Source: Myxococcota bacterium (GTDB taxonomy: Bacteria > Myxococcota > UBA4151). Taken from it: a stretch of DNA of 64,000 bases. This document shows positions 55,406-64,000 of this stretch, in pieces. Each line of letters opens with the position of its first letter. The stretch's first letter is position 1. The translations under genes and the position numbers were made by a program. The notes below the pieces were generated by a model that worked only from the letters and a program-made list of their open reading frames with translations, made no database searches and was not told the DNA's origin. The stretch is from assembly GCA_036338695.1 (NCBI GenBank), contig JAYZBQ010000004.1, forward strand, positions 1 through 64,000, in the 5' to 3' direction.

Positions 55406-58400
55406 GTGCGCCTAGCTGTTGCCCTTTTGGCTCTGCTCACGGTCCCGAGCGTCGCTCAGGCCACCGTCCTTGGACAGTATCCCACTTTTGAGCGCAGTTT
55501 CGAGGTTTTCGGAGACCGCGAGGTCACCGGAAACACGCTCATGGTGTACAACCAAAACGTCAACAAGGCGCTGATCCAAGGCGGGTCGGTCGGCACCGTC
55601 GTCGACGTGCCCCAAGGCGCTACCGTCGAGGCGGCGTACCTGTTTTGGACCGGCACCTACGACCAGACGCCCGACCGCAACGTCGACTTCACGCTGCCGA
55701 ACGGGGCGGTGCTCAACGACCTCAGCGTCAACCAAGCCTTACCGGGCGAGGACCCTGCGGTGGTGCAGGGGCAAGATTGCATCACGCGGCGGCGCAACTT
55801 TCGCTTCGGCCGATTCGTCAACTTCGACGTCGACTTCTTCTATTGCCGGCGAGACATCACACACTCCATGAGGGGCTTGGGCGCCAACATCAACGGCGAC
55901 TACCGAGTCAGCGATGTCCAAGCCTTTCCGGGCTGGCCGCAAGACGGTCAAAGCTACGGGACCAACGACAACCGCTGCGCCGACTCGAACCAGCTCGAGC
56001 AGCGTCTGCGGTTTGGCTGCCAGACGATGTACGCCGGGTGGTCGATGGTGGTCATCTGGAGTCATCCGGACGAGCGCGTGCGCAGAAACATCACGGTCAA
56101 CGACGGCTTCTTGCTGATGGATGATGACCAGACCTCGGCAGGGATCACCGAGGTCACGATGGAGAACTTCCAGGTGCCTGAAGGGGCGTCGGGTGAGTTT
56201 AGCTTCTTTGGCCTCGAGGGGGACCCGGACTACGGCTCCATCCAAGCGCTGCTGCCGCCGGGACCGACGCGCTGTGTCAACTGTCCCGACTTCGTGGCAA
56301 TGAGGACGTCGGGCAACCCGAACGAGACGCAGCTGTTCTCTGAGCCCGGCAACAGCGTGGGCAATTTGTGGAACGGCTCGATCATGACGGTCGGCGGCGG
56401 CGTCTCACCGGGTGTGGACATCGACGTTTACGATGTCGGCACAGGAGGGCTCGGGATCCTGCGCGAAGGGGATCGCTCAGCGACCTTCCGGATGGGGACT
56501 GGCGACGGCGTGGCGGGACAACAGTCGGATGGCAACGGCGGCTTCATCGGCAACGGCGAGATGGTGCTGCTCGGCTGGACGGCTTTGAGCTTAGACGTGG
56601 TCTCGCCCAACCTGAACAACGCCTCGACGCGTAAGGCGGTGTCGCGAACGGACGCCGGCCCTGGAGATCTGATCCAGTATCAACTCACGATCACCAACGA
56701 CGGCTCGGCGCCAGCGAGCGATGTGACCATCGTCGACGTGATCCCGACGGGGACGACCTACGACCCTGGGAGCACGGTGACCACCTGTGATGCGGACCCG
56801 AGCGACGTCAACGGCACCTCGCCGCTGGTAGGAGGCTTCAACATCGGCGCGCTGCCGCACCAGCCGGTGAGTCGCGCCTCGTGCGTGATCACGTTTCGAG
56901 TGCGGGTGAACGACGACGCTGAACCTGGCTCCATTATCCGCAACACGGCTCAGGTGACCTCGACGGAGCAAGCCGAGTTTTCGACCAATCAGGTCCAGAC
57001 GCAGATCGTCGGCCCTTCGCTCGGGACGCCCCTGCTTCGGGTCACCGATCTGAACGGTGGGGTCTTTGAGATCGGTGACACGGTGCTCTACGAGCTCGAG
57101 GTCCGTAACATCGGCGCATCGGGCGCCGCCGGGCTGACGCTCACATCTACCTGGCCGGCGCAGCTGAGCAACCCGTCCATCTTCGGTGGTGGCTTCCCGT
57201 CGAGCTACGATCCGCAGACGCGCACCATCACCATCTCGGACGTGGCCGTCTCGGCGAACGACGAGGAGAGCGTGTTTATCCAAGGGCAGATCCAGGGCGC
57301 CGAGCCGGCGTTGGTCAGCCATCAGTTCTCGATGAACGCCGACTATCTTGATCAGCCCGTACTCAGTGATGACCCGAGCGTTCCCGGCCCCTTCGACCCG
57401 ACTGTTTTTGGGGTGGTCGATGGTCCGAACCTGACGAGCTCGAGCAAGTTTGGCGAGGACGTCAACGGCGCGCCGCTCGTGCCGGGCGATCAAGTGCGCT
57501 ACACCATCACGTTGCGTAATTCCGGGAACCGTGAGGCAAACTTCAGCGTGGAGGACGTGCTCCAGGCTCCGCTTACCGGCTGCTCGGTTCAAAGCTTCGA
57601 CCAAGTGTTGATGAACGCCGAGTGCAACGGTCAGACCTTGACGGTCTCGGGGCGGCTCCCGGCGGGTGAGAACCGCAGCATCGTGCTCCTCTCGACGGTG
57701 GCGAATGTTCAGGACGGGACCCTCGTGACGAACGAGGCGACGCTGACGGTGCAGGGTGAAGGCGAGACGGCGCTGACGTCGCCCAACCTTGTCGTGGCGC
57801 AGGGCGGTATCCTGGTGACGTCGAGCATCGACTTTACGGACGAGCAGGCGCCGCTGACACCGGGTGATGTGATCGTGCTTGAGTTCACTGCGCGCAACAC
57901 CGGGGGAGCCCCGGTGCGAGACCTCGTCGTCTCGACGGTCCTCGATCCGCGGCTCAGCGTTGAAGAGGTCAACGACGGTGGCGCAGTGCAGGGCGCCAAC
58001 GTGCTCTGGGAGAACCTCGGTGATTTAGCGGCGGGTGCGACCCGCACGGTGACGGTGCGGGTCCGTATTCAGGCGGGGCTCGCCAGCGGGACGACGATCG
58101 CCGTCGGCGGGCGCTTTGATGGTCAAACCCTCGAGCCCTTTGACGCCGAGCCGATCAGCTTGGTGATCGATGCGGTGCCGACGCTCACCTTGAGCAAGGC
58201 CGTCGCCCCGGCAGACGATGGGCAGTACAACCCCGGTGATCTGGTGCGCTACACGCTCGTCGTGACGAACACATCGCAGGTTTTAGCTCAGGACCTCGAG
58301 CTGCGCGATCCGTTCCCCGATGGCTTGGTTCAGGTCGCCGCGAACAACGGGGGCACGATCGCAGACGGTGTGGCGCTCTGGAGCGCCCAGACGACGCCGG

Positions 58401-61400
58401 CCCTCGCCAGCCTTGCGGCGGGTGGTTCGATTGAGTTGGAGCTGACCGGGCGGATCGCGAACCCTATGGAGGACCGCCGTGAGCTCATCAATCAGGCGCG
58501 CTTGAGCGCCAGCGACGCCCTCGCCGTTGACAGCGACGACCCGGACACTCCGCTTGCGGGTGACCCGACCAGCATCACCGTGCGCTCGGAGACGACGCTG
58601 GTGGTCGAAAAGACCGACGAATCGGTTGGCGACGCAGACTACGTCCCTGGCTCCCAGGTGCGTTACCGGATTCGGATCGGCGCAGGTGGCACGCAGCGGG
58701 CGCGCGGATTAGTGGTCACAGACCAGCTCCCAGACGGCGTCAGCTTCGTGAGCTCGGAGCCGGCTGCGGAGGTGACCGGACGGACCTTGAGGTGGTCGTC
58801 GACTCAGGCGCCGGGGCTCGGCAACCTGACGCCCGGGAACGAAGAGACGCTCACGGTCACGGTACAGATCGACGCACGCGCCCAGGCGGGGACACGGATC
58901 GCCAACCAGGTCCAAGTCGCTGGAGAGACGCACAACGGCGACATCCTTAGCAACGACCCAGACACCCTTGAGGTCGATGACCCGACCGCCTTCTTGGTGG
59001 GCGGCAATCCGGACATCTCTGTGGTCAAAACCGTCGAGGAGTCGGTCGCGGATAATGTCTGGCGGATCGGCGAGACGGTGCGTTACCGCGTGGTGGTTCG
59101 AAACCAAGGGACCGTCGACGCGCTCGACCTCGCGATCCTCGACATCATCGATCCCAACCTCGAGCAGGTCCAACTCGACGGTGACTGGGGCACGTTCGCA
59201 GACGGGCGGATCACCGGGAGCATCGAGCGGTTGGACGCAGGCCGCGACGTGACGCTCAGCTTTACCGCTGTCCTCGGCGCTGCCCCGGACGGGACCCTCG
59301 TGGTGAACCAGGCGAGCATCCAGCCGGCCGGGAGCAACCAACCGATCTTAAGCGACGACCCGGCGCTTCCGGGCGAGGCGGACACCACCAACTTGACGCT
59401 CACCGCCGAGGAAGGCGTCACCCTGCTCAAAACGGTCGAAGACCTCAACGGCGGCGCCGTGTTGCCGGGTGATCGGGTGCGTTACACGATCACGATGACC
59501 AACACCGGTCAAAACGGCACGGGCGTGCTCGAGGTGCGCGACACCCTCGATGAGCGCTTGGAGTTGATCGGTGTCGAGCCAGGTGTGCCAAGCGTGACGC
59601 AAGACGCGACGATCGTCTGGTCCCAAGGGGGCTTGGGTGCGGGTGAGTCGGTCGAGCTCTCGTTCATCGCTCAGGTCGCTCAAGGTCTGGTCGAAGGCAC
59701 CGCGATTCCGAACCAGGCGCAGACGTCCTTTGGCGGTGAAGACGTCCTGAGTGACGACGGCGTCGTCGGCGAGAACGACCCTTCACCGACTTTGATTACC
59801 ATCGGCGTGATCCCGACGCCTGATCTGACGATCACCAAGGCTGTCGAGCCGGTCACGGCTGCACGCGGCGACGTCGTCGAATGGACGATCACCGTCGTGA
59901 ATGACGGCGAGGGTGCGCTTGAGGGCGGCATTTTGACCGACGTACTCGACGAGGCGCTCGAGCTGATCGACGTCACCGGCGCCGCTAGCCAAGGCAACCA
60001 GATCGAGGCGAGCCTGAACATCGAGCCCGGTGCGCGCGCCGAGGTCGTGGTGCGCACCCGCGTGGCGCAGAGCGCACAAGAGGCGGTCAGTAACCAGGCG
60101 GAGCTCGCCTTTGGCGACGTGGTCGTCCGCAGCGATGACCCTGCGACGGACGAGGCCGATGACGCCACGGTTCTGACGATCGAGGCGGCGCCGCTGGACC
60201 CTGTCCTTGAGAAGGTCGCGGTGGATCTGAACGGTGAGCCGCTCGAGCCGGGCGATGAGGTGGAGTATCAGCTGACCCTGATCAACCGCGGCACCGAGGC
60301 GCTGCCCTCGTTGCAGGTCACCGACGTGCTCGACAGCGGCTTGGTTTATCTCGACGATTCGCTCCTTGTCGACGGCGCGCCCGTACCTGGGCCGTTTCCG
60401 CTCGAGGCGGGCGTGACGGTGCCGGAAGGTCTGGCTCCTGGCGCGCGCGTTCAGATGGTCTTCCGTGCGCGCATCGTCGAGGAGGCGGAACAAGGTCAGG
60501 TGATCACCAACCAGGCGACGCTCGCGAATGACGACGGCGCTACGTGGCGCAGCGACGACCCGAACCTGCCCGGCTCACCGCAGCCGACGGTGCTGCAGGT
60601 CGGCAGCGCAGGCGCAGTCGCTGCGTTCAAGCGTGTCCTCCCCGCTGAGATTCAGCGCGGCGATGAGGCGACCTGGACGATTGAGCTGCTCAGCACGGCG
60701 AACGGGACGCGCACCGTGCGCCTGAGCGACGCGTTGCCCCAAGGGTTGGCCTATGTCGCCAACAGCGTGACCTTAGACGGGGCACCGCTGTCGGACGCCG
60801 TCGATGATGACGAGGTCAGCGTCGACGCAGGCGCTGGGCGCCTTGAGCTCGTGATCGACCTTGGACCGCGCCGAAGCCGCGCCGTGCTCACCTTTAGGAG
60901 CCGCGCTGCCGTCTCAAACCGCACGGTGATCAATCAGGCCGTGCTCGACATCAACGGCGAGGCGGGCCTCTCAGACGGCGACCCGCAGACCCCAGGGCAG
61001 CAGGGTACCCCGCTGGTCATTATCCCAGATGGTGCGGGCCTCGAAGGCGAGAAGTCGGCGACCGATGTCAACGGCGGTACGGTGCAACCGGGCGATGAGA
61101 TCGTCTACGAGATCCGACTACGCAACGAGGGGGATCAGGACCTGATCATCCCTGCCGGTGCGCTCGAAGACCCGCTTAATCGGATGACCTACAAGGCGGA
61201 CAGCGCCGAGCCGGCGGTCCTCGCGCTCGGCGGGAACACCCTGCGCAACACCGAGCCCTTGACGGTCTCGGCGGGGGGGAACCTGACCCTGCGGTTGACG
61301 GCGATCCTCGACGCCGATTTGGAAGAGGGCGACGCAGTCCCGAATACCGTGTTCGTGCGCGAGCCGGTCGAGTTCTCGGCGGAGTCACGCCTGGTCGTCG

Positions 61401-64000
61401 GCGCCGAGCCGCCGGGAGCCACCCTCAGCGGGGTGGTGTACCTCAACGGCTCCAGCGAGCGCAAACTGCAGAACTGGCTCGTGCGCGTCGCGAACAGCCG
61501 AGACAAGGAGCAGACCCTCGAGACGCAGACCGACGAGCAAGGGCGCTTCTCCTTCTCCGGGCTGACCTGGGAGACGGTCGAGCTCATGGCGCTTAACAGC
61601 CAAGGGACGCGCTTCTTCGCCAAGCAGGTGGGCGGCTTGAATGATGGCGCCCAGGTGACTCAAGACTGCGCCATTGATCCCTCGGGCATCATCTACGATC
61701 AGGTCTCCGGCGCGCCGATTGCCGGCGCCACGGTGCAGATCCTTTACGACGTCTCAGGGGACCCTGTCCTCGACGCAGATCTACCTGAGGGTCAGCAAGG
61801 GCAGGTGACGGGCGCAGATGGTTTCTACCGCTTCGACGTCAAGCCGCCTCATATTTATCGCCTTTCGGTCGTGCCGCCTGGTGCGTTTCATAGCTTCCCG
61901 AGCGATGAGCTTCGACCGATCGGCGCGACGCTGTCTCGCCGCTTTGGGCGCCCGTCCAGGATGAGTCAGGATCCAGACCGCAGCGACTTCTTTGAGCCGG
62001 TCGATGGTGACGGCAACCCGATGGAAGGGCGCGCCGTCGTTCGAGAGCCGGTGCCCGACGCCGCTGCGCGGATGCCCTACTTCCTGCGTTTCGACATCCA
62101 GAGCGGTGAAGACGCCGTCTTCAACAACCACGTGCCGCTCGACCCCTTGCGCAAGAGCATCCGCGTGACGCGCCGGGCGAGTAAAAGCCAGGCGAGCGCC
62201 GGTGACGTCGTGACCTTCACCGTGGAGGTCGAAAACCGAAGCAGCCAGACCTTGGACAGCCGCCTCGACGGAGGGGTCGACTTACTCGATATGCTGCCGC
62301 CAGGCCTTTTGGTCCTACGCGAGGACGGCAACCGCGCCGTGGAAGCCTTTGAGCGGGTCGACGCCGAAGGCCGGCGCGCTGTGGTGACCGATCTACGCAG
62401 CGACGGCGACGGGTTTTTGCGCTCGCTGCGGGGGATCGTCCTGCAACCCGGTAGCCGCCTCTTGTGGCATTATCGTGTGCAGGTCTCGAGCTCGATGGCA
62501 GCGGGCGAATTATTGTCATCCAACAACCTCGTGACGCGCATCGGCCGGATGCCGGTCTCCGAGCTTGCCGAGCATCGCCTGATCTTGATCGAAGACCCGG
62601 TGCTGCGAGAGGCGACCTTGATCGGGCGCGTGTACTGCGACACGAACGGTGACGGTCATCCGGGACCGAACGAGTTCGGTGTCCCTGGCGTGCGCATCTA
62701 TGCAGATCACGGGGTCCGGGTCGACACGGACGGCTACGGCCGGTTCCACTTTAGCCGGCTCAACCCGGGCTTGCGGCGCTTTAAGATCGACGTGCGGACG
62801 CTGCCGCCGGGGCTCAAGCTCACGGGTACGCCTGGACGCAACCGCCTGGTAACGGCCGGCGTGCCGCTCACGCTGGATTACACGCTCAATTGTCCCAAGG
62901 ACCTGACCCCCGCTGAAGAGATCGCAGCGAACCCCCATGCGGAAGGGCTCGAGGCGCCGCCTCCACCCGATCCGCCGCCGGCTATTCGGGTCCGAGCTGA
63001 CCTCGTCGAGCAGAAGGTCTCGGCGGACGGAGTGCCGCTCAACGGGCCGGTGGTCGAGGCGACCGCCACCGTCGTGGACGGTGACCCAAGCTTTGATCTG
63101 CCCCAAGGACCGAACCTCGACCCCATGGACACAACGCTTGAGCTGCACGCTCGGGTCGCTGGTCCGCTGCCGCTCACCAACTGGGAGTGGCGTGTGGTCA
63201 ACGCCGACGGGCGCGCGGTGTTCTCGAAGAAGGGGCAGGGCGCCGCGCCGGAGCTGCTGCGCTGGATCATCCCGGACAATGTGCCGCGTGATGCGCGCTA
63301 CGAGGCGATGTTGCTGGTCACCGACGCCGGTGGCGACAGCGCAGCGAGCCGAGTCATCCCGGTGGGCTTAGGTTTGGGTCTCGCTGGGGCTGACAAGCGC
63401 CGCAAGCTGGCTCGTATCAACGAGATCAACGGCGGTTTGTTTGTGGATCAAGGGTCGACGCCAGCGCCTCGACTGCGGGGTTGGTTCAACGACCGCATCG
63501 CACGACTGCGCGGCGAGGATGAGCTGATGGCGCAGGTGTTCGTGTATGGCGCGCCCAAGAAGGGCGCCAAGGACTCGGCGATGGCTTACACTCAGCGGCG
63601 AGCGCGTACCCTTGAGGGCATGTTGCTGGCAGCGGGCTTGCCGCGCGACCGATTCCGTGTCCAAGCGATGGGCAACGTACGCAAGCTCGCGCCCGAGAAC
63701 GACCCGCGCCTGTCGCGGCTCAACCGCCGCATCGAGGTGCGCTACCGCCCGGTCGCGAAACAGCACCCCCCGCTCGAGCCTGAGGCGCAACCGGTCGCTC
63801 ATCTGCTGGTTAATGGAAGCCCCGCTGAGCTGAGCAAAGAGGGGACCGCTGAGGTCAAAGCGAAGGTCCCGGTCGGGCACTTCTTGCGCGTCGATATCGT
63901 CTTCGCGAGCGGCGCTCGGACCGTCCTTCGTCGGTTGCGTCACCCGGACGGGCTGAGCCCCCGTGCGGTCGTCCTGCGCGGTCAGGGGGTCCCGGTGAAG
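55406..64000 (+). CDS. Giant secreted adhesin-like protein (at least 2865 aa; truncated by the right edge): N-terminal head, about 13 DUF11 repeats, SdrD-B-like and OmpA-like domains
   Basis: Not in ORF track because no stop is reached. GGAG then GTG; MRLAVALLALLTVPSVAQA signal peptide; AYLFW.G head; repeated K...PGD...Y.....N.G...D...NQA...SDDP; GRVYCDTNGDG; QRRA..NRRIEV. Confidence 0.9.
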   Translation, partial: MRLAVALLALLTVPSVAQATVLGQYPTFERSFEVFGDREVTGNTLMVYNQNVNKALIQGGSVGTVVDVPQGATVEAAYLFWTGTYDQTPDRNVDFTLPNGAVLNDLSVNQALPGEDPAVVQGQDCITRRRNFRFGRFVNFDVDFFYCRRDITHSMRGLGANINGDYRVSDVQAFPGWPQDGQSYGTNDNRCADSNQLEQRLRFGCQTMYAGWSMVVIWSHPDERVRRNITVNDGFLLMDDDQTSAGITEVTMENFQVPEGASGEFSFFGLEGDPDYGSIQALLPPGPTRCVNCPDFVAMRTSGNPNETQLFSEPGNSVGNLWNGSIMTVGGGVSPGVDIDVYDVGTGGLGILREGDRSATFRMGTGDGVAGQQSDGNGGFIGNGEMVLLGWTALSLDVVSPNLNNASTRKAVSRTDAGPGDLIQYQLTITNDGSAPASDVTIVDVIPTGTTYDPGSTVTTCDADPSDVNGTSPLVGGFNIGALPHQPVSRASCVITFRVRVNDDAEPGSIIRNTAQVTSTEQAEFSTNQVQTQIVGPSLGTPLLRVTDLNGGVFEIGDTVLYELEVRNIGASGAAGLTLTSTWPAQLSNPSIFGGGFPSSYDPQTRTITISDVAVSANDEESVFIQGQIQGAEPALVSHQFSMNADYLDQPVLSDDPSVPGPFDPTVFGVVDGPNLTSSSKFGEDVNGAPLVPGDQVRYTITLRNSGNREANFSVEDVLQAPLTGCSVQSFDQVLMNAECNGQTLTVSGRLPAGENRSIVLLSTVANVQDGTLVTNEATLTVQGEGETALTSPNLVVAQGGILVTSSIDFTDEQAPLTPGDVIVLEFTARNTGGAPVRDLVVSTVLDPRLSVEEVNDGGAVQGANVLWENLGDLAAGATRTVTVRVRIQAGLASGTTIAVGGRFDGQTLEPFDAEPISLVIDAVPTLTLSKAVAPADDGQYNPGDLVRYTLVVTNTSQVLAQDLELRDPFPDGLVQVAANNGGTIADGVALWSAQTTPALASLAAGGSIELELTGRIANPMEDRRELINQARLSASDALAVDSDDPDTPLAGDPTSITVRSETTLVVEKTDESVGDADYVPGSQVRYRIRIGAGGTQRARGLVVTDQLPDGVSFVSSEPAAEVTGRTLRWSSTQAPGLGNLTPGNEETLTVTVQIDARAQAGTRIANQVQVAGETHNGDILSNDPDTLEVDDPTAFLVGGNPDISVVKTVEESVADNVWRIGETVRYRVVVRNQGTVDALDLAILDIIDPNLEQVQLDGDWGTFADGRITGSIERLDAGRDVTLSFTAVLGAAPDGTLVVNQASIQPAGSNQPILSDDPALPGEADTTNLTLTAEEGVTLLKTVEDLNGGAVLPGDRVRYTITMTNTGQNGTGVLEVRDTLDERLELIGVEPGVPSVTQDATIVWSQGGLGAGESVELSFIAQVAQGLVEGTAIPNQAQTSFGGEDVLSDDGVVGENDPSPTLITIGVIPTPDLTITKAVEPVTAARGDVVEWTITVVNDGEGALEGGILTDVLDEALELIDVTGAASQGNQIEASLNIEPGARAEVVVRTRVAQSAQEAVSNQAELAFGDVVVRSDDPATDEADDATVLTIEAAPLDPVLEKVAVDLNGEPLEPGDEVEYQLTLINRGTEALPSLQVTDVLDSGLVYLDDSLLVDGAPVPGPFPLEAGVTVPEGLAPGARVQMVFRARIVEEAEQGQVITNQATLANDDGATWRSDDPNLPGSPQPTVLQVGSAGAVAAFKRVLPAEIQRGDEATWTIELLSTANGTRTVRLSDALPQGLAYVANSVTLDGAPLSDAVDDDEVSVDAGAGRLELVIDLGPRRSRAVLTFRSRAAVSNRTVINQAVLDINGEAGLSDGDPQTPGQQGTPLVIIPDGAGLEGEKSATDVNGGTVQPGDEIVYEIRLRNEGDQDLIIPAGALEDPLNRMTYKADSAEPAVLALGGNTLRNTEPLTVSAGGNLTLRLTAILDADLEEGDAVPNTVFVREPVEFSAESRLVVGAEPPGATLSGVVYLNGSSERKLQNWLVRVANSRDKEQTLETQTDEQGRFSFSGLTWETVELMALNSQGTRFFAKQVGGLNDGAQVTQDCAIDPSGIIYDQVSGAPIAGATVQILYDVSGDPVLDADLPEGQQGQVTGADGFYRFDVKPPHIYRLSVVPPGAFHSFPSDELRPIGATLSRRFGRPSRMSQDPDRSDFFEPVDGDGNPMEGRAVVREPVPDAAARMPYFLRFDIQSGEDAVFNNHVPLDPLRKSIRVTRRASKSQASAGDVVTFTVEVENRSSQTLDSRLDGGVDLLDMLPPGLLVLREDGNRAVEAFERVDAEGRRAVVTDLRSDGDGFLRSLRGIVLQPGSRLLWHYRVQVSSSMAAGELLSSNNLVTRIGRMPVSELAEHRLILIEDPVLREATLIGRVYCDTNGDGHPGPNEFGVPGVRIYADHGVRVDTDGYGRFHFSRLNPGLRRFKIDVRTLPPGLKLTGTPGRNRLVTAGVPLTLDYTLNCPKDLTPAEEIAANPHAEGLEAPPPPDPPPAIRVRADLVEQKVSADGVPLNGPVVEATATVVDGDPSFDLPQGPNLDPMDTTLELHARVAGPLPLTNWEWRVVNADGRAVFSKKGQGAAPELLRWIIPDNVPRDARYEAMLLVTDAGGDSAASRVIPVGLGLGLAGADKRRKLARINEINGGLFVDQGSTPAPRLRGWFNDRIARLRGEDELMAQVFVYGAPKKGAKDSAMAYTQRRARTLEGMLLAAGLPRDRFRVQAMGNVRKLAPENDPRLSRLNRRIEVRYRPVAKQHPPLEPEAQPVAHLLVNGSPAELSKEGTAEVKAKVPVGHFLRVDIVFASGARTVLRRLRHPDGLSPRAVVLRGQGVPVK

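Overview
GC-rich, gene-dense bacterial window. Its gene content (Myxococcus-type Cys-rich repeats, PEGA proteins, many lipoproteins) points to a Myxococcota/deltaproteobacterial genome (inference). Housekeeping genes: yaaA, add, rpoZ, rsmA, a deoxynucleoside kinase, panB, smpB, aspS, dapF. The accessory part is dominated by exported proteins with eukaryote-like domains. These include a tandemly duplicated two-gene module (Cys-repeat/fibrinogen-like lipoprotein plus PEGA/beta-barrel protein), a legume-lectin lipoprotein, a third fibrinogen-like lipoprotein, and a 23-repeat Cys-rich stalk tipped with a c-type cytochrome. There is also an alpha-2-macroglobulin/thioester protein with a His at the complement-C3-like position, a sphingosine-1-phosphate lyase/MlrC operon, and a PEGA-kelch-giant DUF11 adhesin cluster. 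Two long CDS run off the window ends and are missing from the ORF track (<1..807 minus; 55406..>64000 plus). Several palindromic operator-like sites were found by eye. I saw no rRNA, tRNA, CRISPR, transposase or phage genes. All family calls come from motif recognition, not database searches.
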